64,000 nt of DNA from Hormiphora californensis (lineage: Eukaryota > Animalia > Ctenophora), in assembly GCA_020137815.1 (NCBI GenBank), contig CM035357.1, forward strand, positions 1,798,001 through 1,862,000. The letters run 5' to 3'. The notes under the pieces were generated by a model. The model ran no database searches, was not told where the DNA came from, and was given only the letters and a program-made list of their open reading frames with translations. The translations under genes were made by a program, and so were the position numbers. This document shows positions 28,901 to 41,200 of the stretch, in pieces. Position 1 is the stretch's first letter. The number at the start of each line of letters is the position of its first letter.

Positions 28901-31900
28901 CGATATACCGGGCACCCCGATTTACCGGGCAAAACCCTTGGTATCGAAGACACCTCACACTCTTCGCTGCCTTCGTTTGGCGTGCTTCATGCACCGGCAA
29001 GGGAGGGTAACTTCGTTACCAAGCAAAACCCTTTCCCCCGAGCATCCCGGTAAATCCCGGGTGATCAGATTATATTATATGTGTCTTTGTATATGAAATG
29101 TGAATAGTATACACTTATATTTGACAGTGTCGGAAGATCAAGAGATCATCTCTCTCATTCAACTAACAGCAACCCACCTCAGGACATGAGATCATCTCTC
29201 ATTCAACTAACACCAACCCATCATGAGATATTGAGATCATCTCTCATTCAACTAACACCAACCCACTCTCTCATTCAACTAACACCAACCCACCTCAGAT
29301 CATCTCTCATTAAACTAACACCAACCCACCTCACCAACCCACCTCAGATCATCTCTCATTCAACTAACACCAACCCACCTCAGGACATGAGATCATCTCT
29401 CATTCAACTAACACCAACCCACCTCAGGACATGAGATCATGATCTCTCATTCAACTAACACCAACCCCCACCTCATCTCTCATTCAACTAACACCAACCC
29501 ACCTCAACTAACACCAACCCACCTCATCAATCTCTCATTCAACTAACACCAACCCACCTCATTCAACTAACACCAACCCACCTCATTCGACTAACACCAA
29601 CCCACCTCAGGACATTATTGTTGCATGAGATCATCTCTCTCATTCAACTAACACCTTGTATTGACAACAGCACAACTAACACCAACCCACCTCAGGACAT
29701 TTACTCAGAGTACATAGACCTCTTCAACCTCGATCGGGGGGATAGATATTTTCACATGGGAGGGGATGAGGTTAAGTTGTCCTGTTGGAAGGAGGATCGA
29801 CGACTCGAAATACTGGCGATTGCTGGAACAGTCACGGCACTAAATAACAGAGTAAGTCCTGGTCCATGATTGGCTGATAACCAGATTATTCACATATAGT
29901 TTTAAAACGCAAACGGAATATGAGTAGGAGTGGAGTTGATTATGGTTTCAGGTTCTCCGCTGTTCGAACCTTTGGCAGGGACTACAAGGGAATTACAGTA
30001 AAGAGGATTACTAGCCGGATAGTGACAAAACTTGCCTGGGCGAATGATCTAGTTAAAAGTGAACGATGAGAGTCTATTGACAATGAAGGGAGACGGAGAA
30101 AGAAACCCAGGTTATCCTGTGAACGTCCTAACACAACCCCCTGTGGAAACTAATATCCAAAATTTCCTTTATAAATTCTATAAGATCATTGTAGTATGAA
30201 CCAATCAGGGATTCGTTTTAGGAGAAATTTCGACACTTGTGGACATATTGAGGGAAGGTTATATTGACATTGGGGAAATGGAAGTTGAAAATTTGACAGG
30301 GAAACATAGACACATTCTCAACAACACAAACCCATAGACATGAGATCATCTCTCTCATTCAACTAACACCAACCCAAACCTCAGGACATGAGATCATCTC
30401 TCATTCAACTAACACCAACCCACCTCATTCAACTAACACCAACCCACCTCATTCAACTAACACCAACCCACCTCAGGACATTTACTCTGAGTACATAGAC
30501 CTCTTCAACCTCGATCGGGGTGATAGATATTTTCACATGGGAGGGGATGAGGTTAAGTTGTCCTGTTGGAAGGAGGATGAAGCCTTCCAAACGTTACTGG
30601 CAGAGGCACTAAAAAATAACAAGTAAGTTGCAGGAACCGACCGAAACAAGTAAACAACCAATCAGAACTCGTTATTTAGGTCACGTGACTGGTTATTAGC
30701 CAATCAGGGACCAGTATTTCATGGTTCGGTCGGTTCCTGTCCCCTACCGTCTGTCCGGTAACCCAGGCAACTTTTATTTCCCCACAACTATATCCCTGAC
30801 TTGGATTTTGTGTTATTTTCCACGGTCAAAGCGATCCACCCTAAGATGGAGACTTCCTCTATTTGCTATCAAACCAGGAACCGACCGAATCAGGAAATAC
30901 TGCTCCCTGATTGGCTGATAACCAGTTACGCGACCTAAATAACGAGTTCTGATTGGTTGTTTACTTGTGTTTCGGTCGGTTCCTGTATCAAACCTTCCTG
31001 CAGGACTCTCCAAGATTACACTAAAGAGGATGATGCCCTTTACTACAAACTGTGGGGCGACTACCAGGACAGAGTCAAGGAGATCTATGACAATGAAGTG
31101 GATAATGATGGAAAGAAACCCAAGTTTATCCTGTGGAACAGTCATCTAACACAAAGTAAGAGAACTGACACCCACACAAGTAAACAACCAATCAGAACTC
31201 GTTATTTAGGTCGCGTGACTGGTTATCAGCCAATCAGGGACCAGTATTTCCACGATTTTCTGACTAAATTCGATCAGATCAGTTTCAAATTTAACGATTC
31301 ATTTTTTAGTTTTTTCGGTGCCAATAAAATCTCTCAAAAGCACATTTCCTCTTATAAGCTGTCAAATTCCTCCCCCTGATAATCCAAACTTGTGTTTTCA
31401 GAAGAGAGATTGGGTGCACTCGACCCTGCCCGTTACACTATCCAATTCTGGGGAAACCTAGTAGATGAATCATTCCTGGAGGAACTTGACAACATCCTAT
31501 TGAATGATTTCGAGGTGATCATGCCGAGATTTAACACCGATAATTTTTAACTTATTTATAACTACAGAACATATTGCAATTGTTTAAATTCATGTTGATG
31601 TATAACTTTTAACTTTCACCCCCGCCGCCCAAAGGTTATCATGTCCAACTATGATGACCTCTACTTGGACTGTGGTTTTGGACCTTGGGTAGGGGGAGCA
31701 GATAACAACTGGTGTTCTCCATACAAGAGCTGGAAGACAATCTTTGAGGCGGATGTTAGGAAGTTGGAACGCTCGAGCCATGACATAATTGACCAGTAAG
31801 AAGCTAAAAATTAGAACTTCTGTATTAGTATCCAAAAGTAGAAACATATCTGGATGGAATTTGATATTCGGTTACCAACACCGCATTATTTTGAACTAGC

Positions 31901-32984
31901 ACTATTGGACCTCTCTCTCTTGTTAGGATTATAGGAGGGGAGACAGCTATTTGGACAGAGCAAACTGGTACTGGTGACATACTACAAAGGGTCTTTCCTA
32001 GGACATGGGCCTATGCTGAACGGCTCTGGACTAATCCCGACTCAGGTACCAGGAACCGACCGAATCAGGAAATACTGATCCCTGATTGGCTGAAAACCAG
32101 TCACGTGACCTAAATAACGAGTTCTGATTGGTTGTTTACTTGTTTCGGTCGGTTCCTGCTGCTGACCTGGGGAATACCATAACCTAGATTTATAAGCCCT
32201 TTCGGGATGCCCAGTGCCCAGCCTTTATATTATAAGCTTTATAAGTTCATGTGTTGCCACGTTTGATATATGAGTCTCATGATCAATATTCAATAACTAA
32301 CCTAGCTATATATCTCCAGATACAATTTAGTTGGAATCCCTATATTATTGCAGTGCCCCACAGTCACTAGATAAAGGAATTTTGGAATCCTTTAGTTCGT
32401 TTCACAATTTCCATGATTTAGAGGACCCCCTCCCCCCTTGGTAATGAAACTACCCCTCCGCAAAAGCTCACTATATATAGTGAGCTTTTGCAATATAATA
32501 ACAGGGATGACCCCCTCCCCCGATTTAGATGTAGCGGCGGGTGAGCTGGGTAGCTGGGAGGAGGCAGAGGTGAGGTTGGCACATTTCGCTAGTCTGATGA
32601 GTAAACGGAATATAACAAGCAACACCTTCAAACCACAATTCTGCCTTCAAAACACAGGTATAATTGGGAGAAACCCGTGTATAGTATTGACGGTCCTTGT
32701 CTCGAACAGTGCTCTACTCACGGTTGTGAGGAGCTATTACAATTTAAACAAGTTAGTTCAGTTTCTGAACTAACTTGTTTAAATTGAAACCCGTGTATAG
32801 CTATTATTGTTGTGTTCTAACCCTTCTCGGGTAGATCGAGGTTTGACTGTAGTTACCAGTCCTAATTTAGCCCTCCAACTTTCTGCTTCCAGGTGCCTGT
32901 GTTCTTCCACGTGCCAGCTCCTCCCAACGTGTGGCCACGTCCCTGGCGACAATTCTCTCTCTGTTGGTTTTCTACGCGTTTTGA
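25935..32984 (+). CDS. GH20 beta-N-acetylhexosaminidase with signal peptide and hydrophobic C-terminal tail
   Basis: DKPAYKWRGLSVDTSRNF, KMNTFHWHLSDSHSFP, RGVRVLPEFDAPAH, YCLEPPCGQL, FHMGGDEV, YLDCGFGPW...WCSPYKSW, GGETAIWTEQ...FPR...AERLW, PQFC. Confidence 0.95.
28410..28487. mobile_element. Short MITE family ttggtaacgaaattacccctc...ggggtaatttcgttaccaa
   Basis: Terminal inverted repeats; related copies near 13352-13416, 21312-21685, 26875-27053 (interrupted by a hAT-like MITE), 32438. Confidence 0.75.
29140..29700 (+). repeat. Irregular satellite of the branch point/acceptor motif tcattcaactaacaccaacccacctcag|gacat (second block 30337-30480)
   Basis: Direct reading; each block runs into a copy of the DIYSEY...HMGGDE exon. 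Confidence 0.9.
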
Positions 32985-33299
32985 TAGGCTATTATATATA
33001 AACATTGAACCTTTAGATGGTGCTGTTATCGTGCTGTTATCGTGCCATTATTTTACTGTAATTTGTAGGTTTGACACCTGATTAATGATACTACGCTACA
33101 TTAGAATTATATAAATGGACCATTATTTAACTTTCAAACAAAGAAAAAGTAGCAAACATCAACACACAAAAAAACACGTAGGGAAACCTGCAAAGGCTAG
33201 TTATAAAAAAAGAAGGGGGTTCGGATACTAAACGGTGCGATTACACTCATAAGAGATAGGAGGATCACCAGACCAGCTAGCGCCTCACTCAATCACAGC

Positions 33300-33470
33300 T
33301 ACCATGGTGACAAGTACATGGTTACCATGGTTACAACTACATGGTTACCATGGTTACCATGGTTACACCCACTGGTTACCATGGTTACAATTACATGGTT
33401 ACCATGGTTACAACTACATGGTTACCATGGTTACAACTACATGGTTACCATGGTTACACCCACTGGTTAC
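33300..33470. repeat. catggttac tandem array directly after the HSD17B12-like stop codon
   Basis: Repeated atggttacc / atggttacaactac units. Confidence 0.9.
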
Positions 33471-36202
33471 TCTTTCTTCTCTGCCTGTTTCTTGTACCAC
33501 CTGGCACGTCCCTTCTTCATTACTTTCAACTGGTTGGAGTCAAAATACATCTTGGGTGCGAGACTGTACAGAGCGGTCTGAAACACAGATAATTAATTAG
33601 TACAGAGCCGTCTGAAATAATTAGTAGGGAGTAATTTGGACCATGGAAGATTGAAGAAAAAACAGGTCTATATCTTGTTGAACAGTTCATCAAGAATGTA
33701 TTATTACTGTTTAGTGTACTACAATACTAATATTTCCAATACTGCTAAATATTTCATTAAAAATTCTGTTTCTAACCTGTGCAGCGTGAGCCCAGTATCC
33801 ACAGGTGAAGTCGAACTTGCCAAAGGATGCGACAGCACTTCGGGCATAGGTAGCGGGGTCGGGGCACATTGTGGATTTCCTCATTCCCGTCATGGCTGTA
33901 GCCACGAACATGGGGCAAATAACCTGAGGATCAGGGGTAAGGTTAGAGATAAGAGGGGTCAGGTTAGAGATAAGAGGGGTCAGGTTAGAGAGATAAGAGG
34001 GGTCAGGTTAGAGATAAGAGGGGTAAGGTTAGAGATAAGAGGGATAAGGTTAGAGATAAGAGGAGGCAGGTTAGAGATAAGAGGGGTCAGGTTAGAGATA
34101 AGAGGGGTCAGGTTAGTGATAAGAGGGGTCAGGTCAGAGATAAGAGGGGGTCAGGTTAGAGATAAGAGGGGTCAGGTTAGAGATAAGAGGGGGTCAGGTT
34201 AGAGATAAGAGGGGTCAGGTTAGAGAGATAATAGGGGTCAGGTTAGAGAGATAAGAGTGGTCAGGTTAGAGATAAGAGGGGGTCAGGTTAGAGATAAGAG
34301 GGGTCAGGTTAGTGATAAGAGGGGTCAGGTCAGAGATAAGAGGGGTCAGGTTAGAGATAAGAGGGGTCAGGTTAGTGATAAGAGGGGTCAGGTCAGAGAT
34401 AAGAGGGGGTCAGGTTAGAGATAAGAGGGGTCAGGTTAGTGATAAGAGGGGTCAGGTCAGAGATAAGAGGGGGTCAGGTTGTAGTTGGTAGGAGGATGGG
34501 AGAAGAAAAGTCCACGTGTAGTGTATCAGAGATTCTAACAGCACGTGTTCTGCTGCACACTTTACACGTGCACCCATACAATGACTGAGGACACGTGTCA
34601 ATCCTAATACAAACGTCTAACTCTATCTCCATACCTGAAAGTCGATTCGTTTCTCAGCATACTCTTGGCGCAGTGATTCGGTGAGTGTGTGCACGTATGC
34701 TTTGCTCGCACTGTACACAGACAGAAGAGGAGTATTGAACAGACCGGACTGGGAACCAACATTGACAACAAGACCTGGAAATTAGTTTATATTAGTTGGT
34801 TGGTGATCAATTGGGCGATATACCAACGTTGACAACAAGACCTGGGAGAGAATATTAGTTTGGAGAATTAGTTTAGAGAATATTAGTTGGTTGGTGATCA
34901 ATTGGGCGATAGGAGAGGGTGGATTTATGTAGGGTTGTTTCTAGGAAAGCAGGAACCGACCGAATCAGGATATACTGGTCCCTGATTGGCTGATAACCAG
35001 TCACGTGACCTAAATAACGAGCTCTGATTGGTTGTTTACTTGGTCCGGTCGGTTCCTGTAGGAAAGCCTTACCTCGCTTCTTTTGAACCATGCCGGGTAG
35101 GAAAGCTTTGGTCAGCATGGTACAGGGAATTGTATTCATCTTGATGATATTCCACAGTCTCTGTAAGAAATATTTGATTTAGTAACTTAGTTATTTTAGG
35201 AGGTGTTTTTTTCTTTCTTGGGCCCGACCACGTTCCAATGGGGTCCCTGAATAGTCCCTAAAAATGTTTCACATTGCCTTGTTCGACTCTGTCTCACTAC
35301 GCCCAGCGCCCAATGGAACAAATTTAATGGAGTTTTAAGAACATAACAATCACTACTTACATCGGAGTCAGAAGCGTCCAGATAGTCAGGGTGATCGTAG
35401 GAGAGACCAACATTGTTTACTGGACAAGTAGAGGTTGTTAATACAATCATAAATTGAAACTTATTGCCCTGTTATTCTCAGAATTCGTTTAATTAAATCC
35501 TCGTCATTTGAGGCTAGAATGACGAGGATCCAAGGATCACTTTGTAATCTACAGATGTTATGTTCAAACCCTTCTTTACAGTTGTAACACAGTATAGCTA
35601 GGCAAATCTACAGATCTCAACTTACCCACAATCCCAACGTCAAGATGTCCATACTTCCTCGCCAGATCATCATAAGTACCCTGGTCAGTTTTGCTCATAT
35701 CGATGGCCTCAGTCTCAACCTTCACATCACTCATCTCGGCAGCGACAGCAGCCAGTTTGTCAGCACTCCGGGAGATAAGAATCAGGTTGATCTTCTGTCT
35801 TGCTAGCTCCTTGGCAATGGCTTTACCAATACCGTCGGTACTTCCTGAGAGAGGGATACAGTGATTGTCAGAGCTTAATCAGATGGAAAACTTTAAATAA
35901 TTCTGCACTGTTGGGATAATGAATCTGTAACTGTAGATTATGCATCTAATATACCACTTAACAGTTTCACAGAAAAAAGGTGCCAACAAACTATCTGTTG
36001 ATAATGAATTTCCCTGACGGCTGTTGATACCTGTGACGATGGCCCAAGTTCCGTACTTTCGAACATCCGCACTGCCAGTGTACAGTTGGAAGACATGAAG
36101 GAACTTGGTGAGGAAGGAGAGGAATGTGTAGAGCATGGTCATTACACCTACCATGAGCAGGCCGTTGATGACCAGGGGCGACATTGGGGTGGTTTCTGAC
36201 AT
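33467..36202 (-). CDS. HSD17B12: Very-long-chain 3-oxoacyl-CoA reductase / 17-beta-HSD12-like SDR
   Basis: YGTWAIVT/GSTDGIGKAIAKELA...LISRS, VNNVGLSYDHP, FLPGMVQKKRG, catalytic YSASK, PMFVATAM, GYWAH, C-terminal EKKE*. Confidence 0.92.
33932..34480 (-). repeat. About 26 copies of a 21-23-nt intronic unit (sense strand cctcttatctctaacctgacc)
   Basis: Plus strand ggtcaggttagagataagagg, abutting the acceptor at about 33923. Confidence 0.95.
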
Positions 36203-36357
36203 GGCTGTAGTTGATAAAGTTGATTAGTAGGAAAGTATCTGATGCGAGAGAGTGCTAATTCTGCAGATAAACTAATTTCATTTTCAGAACTGCCGACTGC
36301 GCCAGCAAGAGAAGAACTTTGCGGGGGAAAAATGTTTTAAAAATAAAAAAGTTTCAG

Positions 36358-37152
36358 GTCCTGAATTACAGGTTAAACTCCACGAAGCCACTGAGAGATC
36401 TACCTTTCAATGCTGAATGCTATTTCTACTTCAACCCGAACGGAGACATCATCGAAGCAGAATTCGGAGTAAAAGACCTTGGGATATACCTGACAGAGGA
36501 TGGAAAGTTCGATTTCCACATCGCAACCATCGCAACAGAGGCCAAGAGGATCGCTGGATGGGCCCTCGGAGTGTTCAGAAACCGGTCGAAACGAACGATG
36601 ATAACACTTTTCAAGGCATTGGTCAGGCCAAAGCTAGAATACTGTTCGGCTCTCTGGTCTCCCACGACGATTAGTAACATCGCTAAGCTCGAGGGAGTCC
36701 AGAGATTCTTTACGCGGCGGATCGAGGAGTGCATCGGGATGGACTACTGGGAGAGGCTCAAGTTCCTGGGGATCCAGTCACTTCAACGGCGACGGGAGCG
36801 ATTCATGATAATCCATCTCTGGAAAGTATATCATGGACTCGTCCCGAACCATACCACCAGGCCCGTGGACGAGTCATTCAAGGTTCATCCACGGCGAGGT
36901 CTCCTAGCTGAATACCCGGACCTTTACACTTCGGCCCAAGATTCAATTGAGACCATCAGGGAAGGATCATTCTCAGTGAGGTCAGTCAAGCTCTTCAATA
37001 GGATGCCGAAAGAAGTTCGAAGATGCGAAACACTAGAGGATCTCAAAGTTTCTCTCGGCAAGTTCCTGGATGGTATACCTGATCACCCTCCAGTTCGGGG
37101 CTACAGGAGTCCCAACGACAACTCATTGGTTACACTGCTCCCCCCTGGGTAG
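36358..37152 (+). mobile_element. 5'-truncated non-LTR retrotransposon (CR1/L2-like RT C-terminus)
   Basis: VKDLGI...FDFHI, LFKALVRPKLEYCSALWSP, LEGVQRFFTRRI, YWERLKFLGIQSLQRRRER, FNRMP. Confidence 0.9.
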
Positions 37153-37559
37153 TGTATGTTGGTCACTGCATCATTCACATCATTGTACGTAGAAGCATCA
37201 TGCTGAGAACGTGGTATATTTGTCTTTATAATGCATTGTATGCCGAATCTAATTTTGTAAACTTGTAAACTTGTAAAATGTTTACAAAAACCGACGATCG
37301 CGATTTTCAAATTCATATTTTGCGATTTCTTAGCAGCGCATTTTGTAAAACTCTACTGAAGCGTGGCGTTTATGTGTAACGCGCCAAATAATTTCTTGAA
37401 GCGCTGCATTTCACCACAGACCAAGTCTCAAAAAAACTTTTGTTGCCGACTTTTTCAAAGTTTTCCCCACTTCCTCAAGTCTAAAGACGGAAAACCGACC
37501 GTTTCATGCACTGTTAAGATCTTTTCTAGCAGTATTTCCTGTATTGGACGTGTGGAAAC

Positions 37560-38009
37560 ATGAAATTGGAGCGAAACTCAGCTGGGATAGTGATTTATCG
37601 TCTAATTGAGGGTGTGCCAGAAGTCCTGCTGCTGACAACGGCTTGCGGACGGTACAGCCCACCAAAGGGAGGTCGGGAGGGGTGTGAAACTGAACTGGAA
37701 AATGCAATAAGAGAGACGTATGAAGAAAGTGGACTCACCGTGGAGGACTTTGATTTCATACAATCATACCGACATGAAATTTTATACAAAACGTCCCGGT
37801 ACAAAACGAAACAAGTGGTGTTGTTCCTCGCTAAAATAAAGCACCCTGATACGACGATAACAGTGTCCAGCGAACACTGCTATCACACATGGATGAAATT
37901 TGAAGATGCGGTTGTCTCACGAAACCATGCTGCCTCCAACGAATCCTTTGCTAAAATGTACAGAAACGTGTTTGGGTTTATAAATCAAATCGAAAACTTA
38001 AATGTTTAG
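37560..38009 (+). CDS. NUDT2: Nudix hydrolase, bis(5'-nucleosyl)-tetraphosphatase (Ap4A hydrolase)-like
   Basis: SAGIVIYR, PPKGGREGCETELENAIRETYEESGL Nudix box, KQVVLFLA, SSEH...W. Confidence 0.85.
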   Translation: MKLERNSAGIVIYRLIEGVPEVLLLTTACGRYSPPKGGREGCETELENAIRETYEESGLTVEDFDFIQSYRHEILYKTSRYKTKQVVLFLAKIKHPDTTITVSSEHCYHTWMKFEDAVVSRNHAASNESFAKMYRNVFGFINQIENLNV

Positions 38010-38230
38010 TGGTAGATTTTATTATTTTATGTTTTTACTTCTCCATTCTCCATATGGTTTGGTGATTTTTTATGTCTTAGATAATTTTGTTATATAATTT
38101 TTACGATAGCTGTTTATGATATACATCCGAGAGTATATTCAGTATTGATTTTAAATTTATTAAAATCTTCCTTTCTATTTCTTCTTCCCCTATAACCATC
38201 TTCCTACTTCTGTATTGTATAGCGCGTACA

Positions 38231-41200
38231 ATGGCTGCTCAGGTTACCACAGTGGTCAGCGACCTGATCCTCTCTTTAACCTGTCTCCTGTGTTGCTACG
38301 AAATATTTTTAGTAAGTTGGGAGGCATATATTCGTGATAGTGCACTACCTTTTGGTGGAGCTGTTTACTAAACTAAGAGCTGTTGACTAAGAAGTTACTA
38401 TTGACTAAGAAATAATCAACTCTGTCCCAACTCGCAGGAAAAAGAGGATGTCTTCGTAATTTACGGGTTCATTCTTGTTGGACTTGCATCTGCGGCTGGG
38501 GTGTTCAGATTCGGAGGCTGTGATTCGGTAAAAGACCTTCACAGTTCACTATCCACTCATGCAGGTACACAGATGTATATTATTGCCAGTTACAGGATTA
38601 ACCATGATCTTGCTTAAAAGAGACGAGGTTCAACTTAAAAAGAAGAGTATGGACATGATCTAGTTTCTTATAACTAACTCCCCTCCTTCCCTTCTAACAG
38701 CTGCCGTTGGTCTCCCCTGGTTGATGCTCCTCAGTGCGTCCATTCAACTCAACCAAGGCCTCAAGCTCTCCCTGGTATCTCCGGGCTGGGATATCTTTGT
38801 TATACTGGGCATGCACGTCTGTACTATACAGGTAACTTGTTTTGTGAGACAAGGCCAGGCAAGACATACACATTCAGTAGTAGCAGTATTATAGTCAGTC
38901 AGAATATTCTAGCATGGGGACAGTGAATGGGTTGTTCTCTAGATTTGCGATCAGTACGATCACCCCAGTTTCTATTACAGAAATGAATACAGGTAGAGCA
39001 ATGGCCATTATTGCATGTACATTTAGAACATCATTTCACTATTTTCCGTCTGCTTTAAACTTTCTGACGTTCTGGTACGTGTGTTGTATTGAATGACTTC
39101 TAAGGAAAACAAACTGCCGGTGTAATTAGAAATATATTGACACATTGCCCAGTTTGTATGTAACACACACACTCTATCTCTCTCTCTGGAGGAGGAGGGC
39201 TCTTTCTCAGATAACCAGCATGGTTTTCGAGCCAAAAGATCATGTTTGACCCAGTTAGTTGACCATCTGGATGACCTGCTGAACGAACTTGAGAACGGTC
39301 ACAATGTTGATGTACTCTACCTAGATATGTCTAAGGCCTTTGACAAGGTTTGCCACAGGAGATTACTGAAAAAGCTAGCCAAAGCAGGGATTGGTGGGAA
39401 GCTCCTTGCCTGGCTCGAATCCTTCCTGGTTGGTAGATCTCAAGCCGTTGTAGTTGATGGAGTCAAATCCAAAGTTGCAGCGGTGGAATCGGGAGTGCCC
39501 CAAGGAACTGTTTTAGCGCCTCTGTTGTTCCTACTATATGTCAACGACATGGCTGATGTGTTGGAGCACTGCACTATGAAACTATTCGCTGATGATGCCA
39601 AGGTGAAAAAAGCATCAAATCAGAGAGGGACAGGTCACTACTGTTAGATGACATGGACCGTATCAACCAATGGGCTGCAGAGAACTCAATGGAGCTTAAT
39701 GCGCAGAAATATCAACTCCTGCAGCACGGGCGGAACGAGCTTCTCAAGATGCCCTACTCCCTTCCAGATGGTACTACAGTGGAAAGGGAGAATGCCGTGA
39801 AGGACCTGGGGATAATTGTGGACTCTGAACTTACATGGAATCCCCAGATCACCAATGTGATAAAATCCGCCTCCCAAACTGCAGGAAGGATCCTTAGATC
39901 ATTTGAGACTAGGGAAGCGGAGCCTATGCTGGTGCTCATGAAAACTTATATCAGACCTCACCTCGAGTACATCTCACCGATTTGGTCTCCACATCTGGTA
40001 GGGGAAATTCAACGAGTTGAGGCGGTTCAACGAGATTCACTGCACATATCTCTGGCTGCGAGGAGATTAGTTTACTTGGCAACGGTTACATCATCTCGGC
40101 CTGTACTCGTACCAGAATAAGTGAGAGAAACGTTTACAAAACTTCTCTAACTATGGAAATTGTATCGTGGACTACTACCAAATCACCTCAACTGACTTCA
40201 ATCACTCTGCCAGACGAGGACCCTATGTGGAGAGACCGCTGGGTAAATGCTAAACTGAAGAGCGTCAACTCCAAAAATTTTCAATTCCTGCTCATCAACT
40301 GCTGTTTCCCTGTTCAATGTGTTCCTAGTGTCAAGACACTGAACCGAGACGCAAAGCGGAGCTATAAATTCTTCAAAATCCCGGATGACCCTCATAAGGG
40401 TTTAACTAGGCCCTGACCTAACAGCTGTTGGTGTGCCTAGCCAGGAGCGTTGTTGAACTAGAGCCTCAAGCTGAGTGAACTGTCACGGTAGACAGGAATA
40501 TCTTCTTTCTGGGTGTCTCGTTCTCTCTCATGCACTGTTTTGTGAGACAGCCAGCAGCTACACATCTATGCAGTATTTGTCGTCATCGAATATTCTAGAT
40601 GACAGTGACATCTTTCTCTCTTTTGCTTCTTCTCCCTCTTTCTTTCGTCGATCGTGTAGCTCAATGCCTTATGCATGTCTTTGACTCATTTCCTTTTCCG
40701 TCTGCTTTCTTTCTGACTCTGGTCGTGTTCATGCTCTAAGGAACAACTGCCGGTAGTAAATTGAAATGTATGACACATGTGCTCAGTGTTTGTATGTAAC
40801 GTTCCAGCGTTACCTGTTACTGATGACCCGCACATTGTAGATGTAAGACACCGTATTGAATATATATCCTTAGTTCATCTCTTATGTTACTTAAAACTCG
40901 CTACGACCTCAGTGTACTGCGACTCTCTGACTCTATGCCCATTCAAACCATTCTCACTCAGATCGCTCTTCTCTTTGCTTCTATTCTCTTCGTCTCTCTG
41001 CTCTCACTGTATCTCACATTCTCTCTCTCAAGCTCTACTTCCACCTCTCTCTCTCTCTCACACACATACTATCATAGAGAGAGAACTGCTTGTTTCAACT
41101 CACACACATGATAGATGATAGTGTTAAATACTGATACTGACCTGTAGCTGTGTGAATCACAAAGGCGGTGTTCAACACACTTGCAGTACGGTGTAAAAGC

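Noticed and set aside
33636-34202. 188-aa ORF with EIRGVRL repeats
   Set aside because: Antisense to an HSD17B12 exon plus the intronic satellite
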